A program made the translations under genes and the position numbers. A stretch of 64,000 bases of DNA from Candidatus Parcubacteria bacterium (lineage in GTDB: Bacteria; Patescibacteriota; Patescibacteriia; CAIXNZ01): the NCBI GenBank assembly GCA_026395685.1, contig JAPLYG010000013.1, positions 387-64,386 on the forward strand, given 5' to 3'. The notes below the pieces were generated by a model that was not told where the DNA came from, did no database searches, and saw only the letters and a list, made by a program, of their open reading frames with translations. Position 1 is the stretch's first letter. Every line of letters begins with the position of its first letter. This document shows, one piece after another, positions 42,032-51,385 of this stretch.

Positions 42032-42682
42032 TTATTTCAATCCCAGCACTTCCGCAAATAGGCTAAAATCCAATTCCGTGTCATAATCAATAATTTTATC
42101 CGCTTGGGAAAAATCCTGGTCTTTGGTCGCCTCATTGGGAATGACAAAACAGGTGGCGCCGCTGGCTTTGGCTGCGATCAGACCCGGATAAGAATCTTCC
42201 ACGGCCAGACATTCCTGCGGCTCAAAACCTAATTTTTCTGCCGCTCTTAAATAACAATCCGGCGCAGGTTTGCGCTGTTCACAATCCTCAAAACAAATCA
42301 GAGCCTTGAACACGCCTGCCAAGCCTGCTTTGGCCATCATTTTTTCCGTGGTGGAACGCTTTGAAGACGTTACCAGCCCCAGAGGAATATTTTCTTCCTG
42401 TAATTTCCTGATAATCGCCACTGTCTTGGAAAAAAATTCCACCTTGTCCAATTCCTGATAATAATATTCACGTTTAATTTTATTATACTCGTCAAAATCA
42501 ATATTGTATTTGGCCAGCAGGGTGTTTTTATAATCCGTGGGATGAATGCCGATAATCATTTTCTTGTCAGCCTCGTCAATTTGCACGCCCAATTTGGCAA
42601 AGGCATAAAGCGCCGAAGCCACATTAATCTTTTCCGAATCTACAATTACGCCGTCTTGGTCAAAAATTACTGCTTTAATCAT
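42032..42682 (-). CDS. HAD-superfamily hydrolase (beta-phosphoglucomutase-like)
   Basis: IKAVIFDQDGVIVDSE motif I, conserved Ser/Thr, and K...DS..G motifs. Confidence 0.7.
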   Translation of the reverse strand: MIKAVIFDQDGVIVDSEKINVASALYAFAKLGVQIDEADKKMIIGIHPTDYKNTLLAKYNIDFDEYNKIKREYYYQELDKVEFFSKTVAIIRKLQEENIPLGLVTSSKRSTTEKMMAKAGLAGVFKALICFEDCEQRKPAPDCYLRAAEKLGFEPQECLAVEDSYPGLIAAKASGATCFVIPNEATKDQDFSQADKIIDYDTELDFSLFAEVLGLK

Positions 42683-42700
42683 AAATTTAAATCAACTACA

Positions 42701-43093
42701 TTATTTTTTATGTTTATCTGTCTGCGCTAATGATTTTTCATAAGCTATGTCCTGCGCTTTAAGCTGTTCAGCCTGTGCGATAAATTTAATAACCCCGGCG
42801 CGCAGATAATCATCCCCTTTATGCATAGCGATTTGCAGCTGCTTGGATATGAATTCTGCATGTTCATCTGCGATATAACCTTCCTGAAGAAGATAATTTA
42901 AGCGTTGGCCCAATGAATCGCCTGATCCTGCCTCAGCATTTGGAATTTGTTTTTCCAGAAACTTTCTGAGTTGTTCGGGTTTAGGATACTTTTTCTTAAA
43001 ATCATCTACCCAGGCAATAAATGTATCGGGCCTAAATTCATAATGCCCCACCTGATATTTTTTTTCATCAAACGGGATAGAGGGAAATTTCAT
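42701..43093 (-). CDS. Hypothetical protein
   Basis: ORF only. Confidence 0.4.
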   Translation of the reverse strand: MKFPSIPFDEKKYQVGHYEFRPDTFIAWVDDFKKKYPKPEQLRKFLEKQIPNAEAGSGDSLGQRLNYLLQEGYIADEHAEFISKQLQIAMHKGDDYLRAGVIKFIAQAEQLKAQDIAYEKSLAQTDKHKK

Positions 43094-43122
43094 AATTCTT
43101 AGAATTATTAATTAAAATATAC

Positions 43123-43791
43123 TTATTTTTTATTTTTTAGGGCAAGAATTGCATACGATACAATTATCGTGATCATTAATCCGGCCGCAATAAATCCCGA
43201 TGCCATGGTGAGAAAAATCAACAAGATTCCCCACCCGGGATTTTCTTCTAAGTTAATGATAAATATAAGCGAACCGCTGATAAACGGCAAAATGAAAAAA
43301 AACAAAAAGGCAATCAGCACAGCCCTGAATACTTTATATTGACCCGGGGTAAAATTTGCCTTGGCAAATCCGTCCAAAGATTTGTCAGGGACGGCCTTAG
43401 CAGTCGGGTCTTTAGCCTGTTCTTTTTGGATTAAAGATGACTTGTAAAAATTGCCGATGAGCGCAATGATAAAAGTAGTAACAATAATTAAACCTATATA
43501 ACCTATCAAAACAGTAGAGTTTTTCTCCAAAGAAAATATCATCATCGCTATATTATTTAAACTTACAGGTAAAATTCCAAAAGATCCGATAAGGGACGCC
43601 AAAGCAGGAACAAACATAATTGCAAATAAGGCAAAAATAATAAAGATAAGAATCCGGGTCAAAATTCGAAAAATCATTAGTTTGCCGTTATCGGCGCCGC
43701 AAGACAAGCAGATTCCTTCAAAAAAATTCAGTTTTTTATTACATTTGTAGCAAGTATTAAAACTCGCATCAATACCTACGCCTGTGGACAT
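43123..43791 (-). CDS. Membrane protein with an N-terminal zinc ribbon
   Basis: Start refined to MSTGVGIDASFNTCYKCNKK...CLSCG. The longer ORF-track start overlaps the next gene by 280 nt. Confidence 0.45.
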   Translation of the reverse strand: MSTGVGIDASFNTCYKCNKKLNFFEGICLSCGADNGKLMIFRILTRILIFIIFALFAIMFVPALASLIGSFGILPVSLNNIAMMIFSLEKNSTVLIGYIGLIIVTTFIIALIGNFYKSSLIQKEQAKDPTAKAVPDKSLDGFAKANFTPGQYKVFRAVLIAFLFFFILPFISGSLIFIINLEENPGWGILLIFLTMASGFIAAGLMITIIVSYAILALKNKK

Positions 43792-43816
43792 AGTAAAAAT
43801 AATTAATATTAATATT

Positions 43817-44677
43817 TTAAAATTTACACACGGAAACGCACTGCAAAGTGCACATTTGCGCCTGTGGATCATGGCGGCAGGCTGATTCACATTCAGAAAA
43901 AACTCCGCCGAGCTGTTCGCACACTTGCCTGCTGATATATTCACATTCTTTATATTCAGCCAGCCAGGTGCCGTTATTTTTCTGGCAATCATTGGACTGA
44001 TCACTAACTCCCGGACACGGTGCAAATTCGCAATTCTGACCGCTGCGGCTGACAGCTGAACCATCAGGGCAAATTTTTGCTTCCTGGGTGCAGGCAATTG
44101 GCTCAGGTTCGGTATCAGAAACTACATCTGCCACAATAGAAGCGCATTGGCCGTCAACGCAGGCGCAAGTATAATTTTTCTGTTCATTCCAGGTAGCGCA
44201 ATTGCAATCTTTATCAGCCTGGCATTTTACCTCCCAGGTATTAGTTTTTTCCTCCCACGAAGGACAGCCTACTACGCATTTCTGATTATAACAAAAAGCC
44301 CGGTACGGACAATTAGAACGGGCAGCATAGTCCATAGGCAACTGGCAATCCGCGCTTTGATTACAACTTGAACCTACTGGAACTAAAACCTCAGTAAAAG
44401 TCTGGCCATTAGCTCGGCATTGCCTGGGATATGATTCCATAACCGGATTACCTGCTGCGGCACAGGATTTAAAATCAGTAATTACAGCAGCATTGCTGTT
44501 ACTCTGAGGACCTTCGGGCGCTCTGAATCGGGCAATAACAACAAAGGCAATAAGAATAGCGACAATTACGCCAAAAACAATGAATAATGTGCGCCAAGAT
44601 CCCCCTTTTGATTTAGCATATACTGTCTCTGGCTTATACGCGGACGGGTCATAATCTTTTTTTTGTTCTTCTTCCAT
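43817..44677 (-). CDS. Cys-rich membrane-anchored extracytoplasmic protein. Paralog of 52296..52910.
   Basis: Start refined to MEEEQKKDYD. Shares DFKSCAAAGNPVMESYPRQCRANGQTF and C..EAKICPDGSAVSRSGQNCEFAPCP with the paralog. Confidence 0.55.
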   Translation of the reverse strand: MEEEQKKDYDPSAYKPETVYAKSKGGSWRTLFIVFGVIVAILIAFVVIARFRAPEGPQSNSNAAVITDFKSCAAAGNPVMESYPRQCRANGQTFTEVLVPVGSSCNQSADCQLPMDYAARSNCPYRAFCYNQKCVVGCPSWEEKTNTWEVKCQADKDCNCATWNEQKNYTCACVDGQCASIVADVVSDTEPEPIACTQEAKICPDGSAVSRSGQNCEFAPCPGVSDQSNDCQKNNGTWLAEYKECEYISRQVCEQLGGVFSECESACRHDPQAQMCTLQCVSVCKF

Positions 44678-44711
44678 AAACTTAGTTGTTATTATTAAAT
44701 AAGCTTTATAA

Positions 44712-45956
44712 CTAAAATGATTTATCTTTTTGCGCTGACTGCCCTGCCACAAACCCGGTGGTCCAGCAAATCTGCAGATTAAAACCGCCGGTCGGTCCGT
44801 CCAAATCCAGAATTTCACCGCAGATAAATAAATTATTGATTTTTTTGGAACGCATGGTTTGAGGTTCAACTTCATTCAGGGCAACGCCTCCTTTGGTAAT
44901 CATGGCGCGCTCAAATCCGGCCAAACTTTTAATTTTCAGCCGCAGACCCTTTATTAATTTAACCAAGGATAATCTTTCCTGCCGGCTAATCAGATTGGAT
45001 TTTTTCTCCGGATTTATCCGGCTTAATTTCAATATTACTGACTTTAATTTTGGCAAGACAAAATTATCCAGGCTATTTTTTACCTGTTTGGAGCTGGCTG
45101 CTAAAACCTGCTGTAACTTTTTATCTAAAGACTCCAGATCAGAAAGCGGCATAAAATCAACTTCTATAAATAAATCGTTAAGTTTCCCAGCGTCAATCTG
45201 ACGGCTCAAATCTAAAGTAAGCGGTCCGCTTAAACCATTGGCTGTAAAAATTATATCGCCCTGGGCGCTAGTAATTTTTTTTGCGCCCTGATAAAGGCTG
45301 AGCTTGGCAGCTTCCACGCTCAAACCTTCCAAATCTTTAATAAAGCTTTCCGCCACGATCAGCGGAGTCAGGCTGGGTGCGGGTGAAATCACTGTATGCC
45401 CTAATTGTTTGAGCCAGCCATAGCCGTCACCGCTTGAGCCTGTCTGAGGATATGATTTTCCGCCGGTTGCCAGAATATACTTATCAGCCTCAATTTCCCG
45501 GCCGTCAGTTAAAATAATTTTTTCAATATGTTGATCCTTTTTTACCAACTTTTTTACTTCGCTTTGAGTTTCAACTTTTACCTGGTATTTTTTTAGTTCT
45601 GCTAAAAATACGGCCAGCACATCCTCTGCCTTATTACTCAAAGGAAAAACGCGCTGATCATTTTCCACTTTGGTTTTTAAACCAAGGGCATGAAAAAATT
45701 CCAGAGTATCAGCAACTCCAAAGCGGGTCAAAGCGGAAAATAAAAATTTCGCCTTTGAGCCCAGGCGAGAAATAAAAGCGCGCGAATCTGAAAGATTATT
45801 GGTCAGATTACAGCGACCGCCGCCGGTTAAAAGCAGTTTAACCCCCGGCCGCGGATTTTTTTCCAGCAAAACAACTTTAGCACCCAGTTGACTGCTGGCC
45901 ACGGCTGCCATTAATCCGGCCGGTCCCCCGCCGATAATTGCAATGTCGTATTTCAT
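44712..45956 (-). CDS. FAD-dependent flavoprotein, HI0933/BaiN-like family
   Basis: YDIAIIGGGPAGLMAA dinucleotide-binding motif. Confidence 0.65.
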   Translation of the reverse strand: MKYDIAIIGGGPAGLMAAVASSQLGAKVVLLEKNPRPGVKLLLTGGGRCNLTNNLSDSRAFISRLGSKAKFLFSALTRFGVADTLEFFHALGLKTKVENDQRVFPLSNKAEDVLAVFLAELKKYQVKVETQSEVKKLVKKDQHIEKIILTDGREIEADKYILATGGKSYPQTGSSGDGYGWLKQLGHTVISPAPSLTPLIVAESFIKDLEGLSVEAAKLSLYQGAKKITSAQGDIIFTANGLSGPLTLDLSRQIDAGKLNDLFIEVDFMPLSDLESLDKKLQQVLAASSKQVKNSLDNFVLPKLKSVILKLSRINPEKKSNLISRQERLSLVKLIKGLRLKIKSLAGFERAMITKGGVALNEVEPQTMRSKKINNLFICGEILDLDGPTGGFNLQICWTTGFVAGQSAQKDKSF

Positions 45957-45958
45957 AA

Positions 45959-46495
45959 TTAAATTTTTGTATTAATAGGATTATTTTGATCCTCTGCCCA
46001 TTTGGCTGGATTGGCGAAAATATAATCTCGAATTTTGGATAATTCATCGTCATTGCGGATAACACGGTCGTGGAATGATTTCTGCCAGGCGAAATTTATT
46101 TTGAATTGATTATTAATCCTCCTGGTTACGGATGATTTATATTGGAGGATTATTTTTGGTAAAACCATTTTGGTGTTCCGTAGGGAACGCAGATCTGCGT
46201 TCCCTACATTTTTACGGTATTCATCTTCATTATTATAAAATATATACAATATTCCATGAATATGGTTCGGCATCACAATAAATTCATCCAATTCACAATT
46301 TTTAAAATGTTTTGGAATTTCCTGCCAATAATCATGGGCGATCTTGCCTAAATCGTTCAATGCCTTTTCAAAATCTTTAATTTCACCAAAAAATGGCCCC
46401 CTGCCTTTTGTACATATCGTCACAAAATAATATCCAGGAAATGAATAATCATACCCCTGCCAACGATTTAATTTACGATCCTTTTTCAAAACCAT
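45959..46495 (-). CDS. REP-associated tyrosine transposase-like protein (IS200-like HuH Y1 family), copy 1
   Basis: RKLNRWQGYDYS..YYFVTICT, HuH motif MPNHIHGIL, C-terminal AWQKSFHDRVIRNDDELSKIRDYIFANPAKW with catalytic Tyr. Confidence 0.75.
   Translation of the reverse strand: MVLKKDRKLNRWQGYDYSFPGYYFVTICTKGRGPFFGEIKDFEKALNDLGKIAHDYWQEIPKHFKNCELDEFIVMPNHIHGILYIFYNNEDEYRKNVGNADLRSLRNTKMVLPKIILQYKSSVTRRINNQFKINFAWQKSFHDRVIRNDDELSKIRDYIFANPAKWAEDQNNPINTKI
46180..46207. repeat. REP-like perfect palindrome GTAGGGAACGCAGATCTGCGTTCCCTAC inside RAYT copy 1
   Basis: 28-nt perfect inverted repeat. Encodes ..VGNADLRSLRNT.. . Confidence 0.7.
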
Positions 46496-47106
46496 TTTTT
46501 ATTCATCTTCTTGTTAAAATCTTTTTCCGTATTAACCACCATAAATTTATATTTTCTGGCTTCTTTTTCAATACACCTGCTTTCATACTGAATCATGGCG
46601 CTGGCTTTATCCAATCTGCCAGGCAAATCTATCCCCCCGGCCAAAAGCCAGTCCAGCTTGTCTTTTTTATTTTTGGGAATGCCCTCTTTAATTTTGGCCA
46701 AATCGGTTTTAACCAGATAAACAACCCCGATATCTTTCCAGCAAGCTGTCTTTTTCAGCTGATTGACTAATTTGGGCAATAAATGAACGCCCTCAATTAT
46801 AAAATCCTGATTATATGCCACCAATGCCTTGATCAGTCCCCGCACACCCGGCCAGATAGATTCGGATTCAATCAGCTCATTTTGCCAAAGGGTCTTGGGG
46901 CTATGAATTTCAAAAGCATAGCTACCGGCCTTTTTGAACAAAAAGAAACCTGGAAATTTTTTCTTTAATTGTGATTTTGGGGTGCTATTGAAAACAACTG
47001 TCCAAAGCCTGTCCGTAGAAAGCCAACCAATCTTTTTTCTGCTGGATATTTTCTTGGCCAATATAGATTTTCCGCACCTGGGCGCACCGCCGATTAAATA
47101 AATCAT
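46486..47106 (-). CDS. P-loop NTPase / kinase-like protein, overlaps the RAYT start by 10 nt
   Basis: LIGGAPRCGKS Walker A. Confidence 0.55.
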   Translation of the reverse strand: MIYLIGGAPRCGKSILAKKISSRKKIGWLSTDRLWTVVFNSTPKSQLKKKFPGFFLFKKAGSYAFEIHSPKTLWQNELIESESIWPGVRGLIKALVAYNQDFIIEGVHLLPKLVNQLKKTACWKDIGVVYLVKTDLAKIKEGIPKNKKDKLDWLLAGGIDLPGRLDKASAMIQYESRCIEKEARKYKFMVVNTEKDFNKKMNKKWF

Positions 47107-47119
47107 AATATAATTTAAA

Positions 47120-48067
47120 TTATTCCGCTCTGATTAATTTAAAATCTGCCCATTCGGTAATTGCGCCTGACCCGGCATTATTATAGGAAGTAATCCTGAT
47201 TTTAACAGTTTTGATTTTTGTCTTATCAATCCCGCTTAAATCCGTATCTAATAATTCTTTGAGATTTACGGTTTTTGTCTGCCATTCAAACATGGTGCCG
47301 GGTTCATCATGGCAAATAAACTGTTTGGGGCCAAGTACAGATTCTTTATACATGCGCGGACAATTATATAGTTCGAAATCACCGGTATGGCGCATATAAT
47401 GATAATGCCCCAATAAATTATTGGCATCTGTCTGTCTGGTGGTATGTTCGTCTGAACTATAGAATGAAATACTGAAATATACCGCGCCATATGGCCTGGC
47501 AATCTCTGTTTGCTGCCAGGACCAGATCAAATTATAATTAAAATCCGCTTTCAGATCAGCCGCACTGATATAATAGCTTTTTTCCATATAATAATTTCCG
47601 CCGTCCATGGAATTCATCAGCAAAATATCCTTCTTATTAAAAACTGACTGTTCTTCCTTGCCTGACAAAAGCCCGGGACCGCTGCTTTCATCCTGCCATT
47701 TTCCGAATTTTAAATAATGAATCTCTTCAGGCTGAACCTTTGGTTCTTCAGCAATAACATCATTAGTATTTTGATTTTCTTGCGCGACAGCAACACATTT
47801 TAATGTTGCAGCCGGACAATCACTCATACCCGCCTCAGGACACGCTCCCCACCCCATGGAAACAATCTTAAACTCATAACCGCTGGGACATTTGCAGGGA
47901 ACGGGATTAACAGCATCACGCTCATATTCCTTGCCGATTTCACAGTCATTTTTTGCTACCACATTTTTATTATCATTTTTTATATTATTAACAATTTGAG
48001 GGCCGCTACAACCGCCGATTGCGATGGCTAATAAAATAAGCCCGACGAATAATGTGATTTTTTTCAT
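47120..48067 (-). CDS. Lipoprotein, hypothetical
   Basis: Start refined to MKKITLFVGLILLAIAIGGCSG (lipobox). The ORF-track N-terminal extension overlaps RAYT copy 2. Confidence 0.55.
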   Translation of the reverse strand: MKKITLFVGLILLAIAIGGCSGPQIVNNIKNDNKNVVAKNDCEIGKEYERDAVNPVPCKCPSGYEFKIVSMGWGACPEAGMSDCPAATLKCVAVAQENQNTNDVIAEEPKVQPEEIHYLKFGKWQDESSGPGLLSGKEEQSVFNKKDILLMNSMDGGNYYMEKSYYISAADLKADFNYNLIWSWQQTEIARPYGAVYFSISFYSSDEHTTRQTDANNLLGHYHYMRHTGDFELYNCPRMYKESVLGPKQFICHDEPGTMFEWQTKTVNLKELLDTDLSGIDKTKIKTVKIRITSYNNAGSGAITEWADFKLIRAE

Positions 48068-48077
48068 ACGATAAATA

Positions 48078-48635
48078 TTATTGATTAAAATTTTTAGGAT
48101 TATTCCGATCCTCCGTCCATTTGGCGGGGTTGCCGAAAATATAATCGCGAATTTTGGATAATTCATCGTCATTGCGGATAACACGGTCGTGGAATGATCG
48201 TTGCCATGCAAATTCCGTATGACCAATCTGGTGAATAAATTTTGATGATGTGGTTTTGAATGCGCCGATGATGTCGTAAATTGGTTTCCCTTGTAGGGAC
48301 AGGTCGCGACCTGTCCCTACAGATTTACCGTCATTGCCATCATCGGCGTAACCTGTTTTATCATTATTAAAATTATAATTAATTTCCAAAATCATATGAA
48401 CATGATTGGGCATCACCACCCATTCGTCTAATCGTATGTGCGGAAAATGTTTGTGCAACCATAATAATTGCTGTTTCACAATTTCGCCAATAGGGTTCAA
48501 TTTCATTTCGCCCCCGACAATTTCACCGAATCGGGGCTGACGGTGGTGGGTGCAAATGGTGATAAAATATAATCCGAGATATTTATAATCATATCCTTGC
48601 CACCTGTTTAATTTTCTGTCACGTTTTAAGAACAT
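48078..48635 (-). CDS. REP-associated tyrosine transposase-like protein, copy 2
   Basis: HuH MPNHVHMIL. C-terminus AWQRSFHDRVIRNDDELSKIRDYIFGNPAKW. 3' about 110 nt nearly identical to copy 1. Confidence 0.75.
   Translation of the reverse strand: MFLKRDRKLNRWQGYDYKYLGLYFITICTHHRQPRFGEIVGGEMKLNPIGEIVKQQLLWLHKHFPHIRLDEWVVMPNHVHMILEINYNFNNDKTGYADDGNDGKSVGTGRDLSLQGKPIYDIIGAFKTTSSKFIHQIGHTEFAWQRSFHDRVIRNDDELSKIRDYIFGNPAKWTEDRNNPKNFNQ
48293..48320. repeat. REP-like perfect palindrome GTAGGGACAGGTCGCGACCTGTCCCTAC inside RAYT copy 2
   Basis: 28-nt perfect inverted repeat. Same stem as the intergenic copy at 50753-50781. Confidence 0.7.
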
Positions 48636-48788
48636 TTTGTTTTTATTTTTTCGCTTAAAATCGTTTATGTAAATGTTTTAAATCCGCGGACAATTTGGGA
48701 TTTAAAATCTATTTATGGCTTGAAATTTGTTATTTGGAATTTACCTTTATACTCTAATTTTACCTCTAATCTCAACCCAAGTCAAAGC

Positions 48789-48816
48789 TTGACAAAAAGG
48801 TAAAAAGTGCTAAAAT
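48789..48816 (+). promoter_or_regulatory. Promoter TTGACA-N16-TAAAAT with a TGC extended -10
   Basis: About 60 nt upstream of the 48878 ORF. Confidence 0.5.
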
Positions 48817-48877
48817 ATGCTATTAGCTGTTCTTTCCCAAAATGCTAGATTTCATTCCAAACAATGAGGAGGATACT

Positions 48878-50233
48878 ATGACGCAGATAAGCTGGCCGAT
48901 TCGTTTACCGAAATTGATCGCTGATTTGCACCTCAAATCCGAGGTGGCGCGCCTGGTGCGTAAGGCTAATTTGGACACTGTCCAGGCAGACAATTTTGCG
49001 GAAAAAATTTTCCAAAAATATCTGCGGGATAAAAATTTCAAGGAAGCCCTGCAAATATTTCTGGATCTGGCCATTTCTATCGATATTGCCAAGAAGCTGA
49101 CTATCGGCCCAAACGGTTCGACCAGAAACAGCAATTTCATCATTCAGATTATTGCCGCTTATTTTGCCAGGCGAATATCATATACTGAGCAGGACCTGAC
49201 ATATTTAAAAGCTTTTTCTGCCCAATTAGAATCCCTGGAAACTGAGGAAAATTGGTTTTTTGCCAAAACCTTAGTTCTCCAGGAATATATGGAAAGAATA
49301 ATCGGGGCCAGACTGTATATTAAGGGTCTCAAGATCCTTAACCCTCAACTGTTTATGGAACTGAGTGCCAAAGCATTGCCTGACTTAGCCCAAGACCTGG
49401 AAGCAACTATGAAAGAGCTGACCATTTTGAAACGATATGGCATTAAAACCAGTTTTTTCCAGGACGGAGTTCTTCACGGAATAAATGAGGTTTGGGTTTT
49501 TACTGATTATCGCGACATTATAGCGGCAACCTCTTTTAAAATTTTGGAGGGAAAACCCCTGGCTCTAGTAAGCCTGGCTACCATAGCAGCGATGAAAAAT
49601 CCCTTGTCCTTGAAGGTCAGGGAGGTTGTTACCAGCGATTCTAAGGTTACCCTGGCCGGCTATGAATTAGAAGGGTTTTTATCCTGGTCAATGGATGAAA
49701 AAGCTGAATTTGACGCTTCCAGCGGACTCGGTTTATTGCCGGTCCGTGAAATATTCAGCCAGGCACAAAAATCCGACATCTACGAGATCTTCCGGCTGAC
49801 CCAGGTAATGCGGCTTTATGACCTGATTGTGCCGCTGACAGTCGTGGAACAAATGCCCAAATTGCCCAGGGTAGAAAGTTCCACCCTTAAGAACATCGTC
49901 AACCGTTTCCGGACAGCAGCCAGGCCGTTAAATCCGGACTTGCTGGTACCGCGCATCAGGACAATGGAAAATCCCAGGCATCTGATTGAGGAGCTGGAAA
50001 AAGAGGTGGAAATTGCGGAGCAGGAAACCAAAAAACGCACGCATTGCCATCATGAAGTAATTGATTTCATCCGCCGTCTGCCTCAAGGGTACAAACCTTC
50101 AGCCCGAGCCAGAGCTTTAGCAAAAGAACATCTGGGAATTGAACTGGCTGACAACGAGACTTATGTCAAAAAGCACGAAAGAGGCAAGGGATCTTCCAAT
50201 GCCGGAGTCCATCAGGCCAAACACCGGGAATAA
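48878..50233 (+). CDS. Hypothetical protein (452 aa), GC-rich cassette gene
   Basis: Start refined to MTQISWPIRL after AATGAGGAGG. No recognisable domain. Confidence 0.5.
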   Translation: MTQISWPIRLPKLIADLHLKSEVARLVRKANLDTVQADNFAEKIFQKYLRDKNFKEALQIFLDLAISIDIAKKLTIGPNGSTRNSNFIIQIIAAYFARRISYTEQDLTYLKAFSAQLESLETEENWFFAKTLVLQEYMERIIGARLYIKGLKILNPQLFMELSAKALPDLAQDLEATMKELTILKRYGIKTSFFQDGVLHGINEVWVFTDYRDIIAATSFKILEGKPLALVSLATIAAMKNPLSLKVREVVTSDSKVTLAGYELEGFLSWSMDEKAEFDASSGLGLLPVREIFSQAQKSDIYEIFRLTQVMRLYDLIVPLTVVEQMPKLPRVESSTLKNIVNRFRTAARPLNPDLLVPRIRTMENPRHLIEELEKEVEIAEQETKKRTHCHHEVIDFIRRLPQGYKPSARARALAKEHLGIELADNETYVKKHERGKGSSNAGVHQAKHRE

Positions 50234-50242
50234 CCCAAAACA

Positions 50243-50280
50243 CAAAGGCGCTCCCCGCTCAGCGGAGAACGCCTTTTTTA
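50243..50280 (+). terminator. Hairpin followed by a T-run after the 48878..50233 gene
   Basis: aaaggcgctccccgctcagcggagaacgccttttttat. Confidence 0.55.
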
Positions 50281-50284
50281 TTTG

Positions 50285-50310
50285 AAATTTTTAGGGTTAT
50301 TCGGATCCTC
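50285..50310 (-). mobile_element. Remnant of a RAYT 3' end (AAATTTTTAGGGTTATTCGGATCCTC)
   Basis: Aligns with the last about 26 nt of both RAYT genes (48088-48113, 45962-45990), but no ORF is attached. Confidence 0.55.
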
Positions 50311-50342
50311 TACCCACTTAATTGATTCTTCTTTAAATGGTT

Positions 50343-50660
50343 TTATTGATTATACATCCTGTCAAAATTTTCATCTGTCATTGTTAATAAAATAATAGCG
50401 TCAACAAGGGCGACTATTGCAGGGATAAAAGTCCAGAAAAAAATCAGGTAAAGAACGCCTATTGATTTGCCGAGATAAAATTTATGGATGCCGAGACCTC
50501 CCAAGAATAAAGCCAAAAGGCCTGCTGTAATTTTGCTTTTACCCTGACCAGAAGAGCTGCTTCTTCTAGGAGGCTCCTGGGCATAAAGATTACTACCGCA
50601 ATGTTTGCATTTGATCGCCGAATCCTGGATTTCTTCGGCGCAAAACGGACATTTTTTCAT
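50343..50660 (-). CDS. Zinc-ribbon plus TM2-domain small membrane protein
   Basis: CPFC...CKHCG ribbon. GLLALFLGGLGIHKFYLG is the TM2 signature. Confidence 0.6.
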   Translation of the reverse strand: MKKCPFCAEEIQDSAIKCKHCGSNLYAQEPPRRSSSSGQGKSKITAGLLALFLGGLGIHKFYLGKSIGVLYLIFFWTFIPAIVALVDAIILLTMTDENFDRMYNQ

Positions 50661-50715
50661 AGATTATAAATTTAATTTTAAAAATATTTTGATTATAATT
50701 GTTTATGTAAATGAT

Positions 50716-50799
50716 TTAAATCCGCGAACAATTACTGATAACCCACGTAATGTAGGGACAGGTTTCAAACCTGTCCCTACGGTCCCCGCGGATTTAAAA
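50716..50799. repeat. Composite REP element. The 12-bp inverted repeat TTTAAATCCGCG/CGCGGATTTAAA flanks the REP hairpin GTAGGGACAGGTTTCAAACCTGTCCCTAC.
   Basis: Nested perfect palindromes. The outer-arm sequence tttatgtaaatgNtttaaatccgcgNacaatt also occurs at 48658-48700. Confidence 0.7.
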
Positions 50800-50970
50800 C
50801 TCTCCTTGCGATTAGTTTCAACAATCAAACCTATTTTAAAGAATATTTTTTGCCTGCCCCTTTTGGGATAAAATTATTATTAGTTTTGATTTTTTTCGCG
50901 ATTCAAACAATTCTGTATCATAATGTTGGCGCTATAAATGTTTTGGCAAGGTGTCCCAGCTGCGCCTAAA

Positions 50971-51375
50971 TTACCTGTTTAAATAAGTGATAGTCAGTTG
51001 CAGACATGTAGCAAATGTCCCCCACAAAAGATATGGTAGATTGGCATAGACAACCCAACGAAGCTCAGGTGCGGCCTGCCAGATAGCCAGGAGAGCCCAG
51101 ATCAACGTACCAACAACGAGCAGGATATCAAGCGAAGCCAGGAGATTATTTTTAAGCCCAAACTGGATTGGAGTGAAAGCCAGATTAAAAACAAGGTTAA
51201 GAGCAAACGGTAAGGCGACTAACCAGGCCAGCTTGCCGGTAAAAACTTTATAAAACACTGTGCCAAAAGACACGATAATAATCGCATAAAGAACTGTCCA
51301 GACCGGGCCAAAGAGCCAGGCTGGTGGTGACCAAAATGGTTTAATTAATTGTGAATACTGTGTTGGTTCATTCAT
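50971..51375 (-). CDS. tspO: TspO/MBR family tryptophan-rich sensory protein
   Basis: PPAWLFGPVWTVLY signature. Five TM helices. Confidence 0.7.
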   Translation of the reverse strand: MNEPTQYSQLIKPFWSPPAWLFGPVWTVLYAIIIVSFGTVFYKVFTGKLAWLVALPFALNLVFNLAFTPIQFGLKNNLLASLDILLVVGTLIWALLAIWQAAPELRWVVYANLPYLLWGTFATCLQLTITYLNR

Positions 51376-51385
51376 AAAATTTAAA

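Noticed and set aside
43123-44097. The ORF-track N-terminal extensions of 43123..44097, 43817..44875 and 47120..48226, which overlap upstream genes by 150-300 nt.
   Set aside because: The extensions translate conserved RAYT or neighbour sequence in the wrong frame. Internal Met codons (MSTGV..., MEEEQ..., MKKITLF...) followed by TM or signal peptides give non-overlapping starts.
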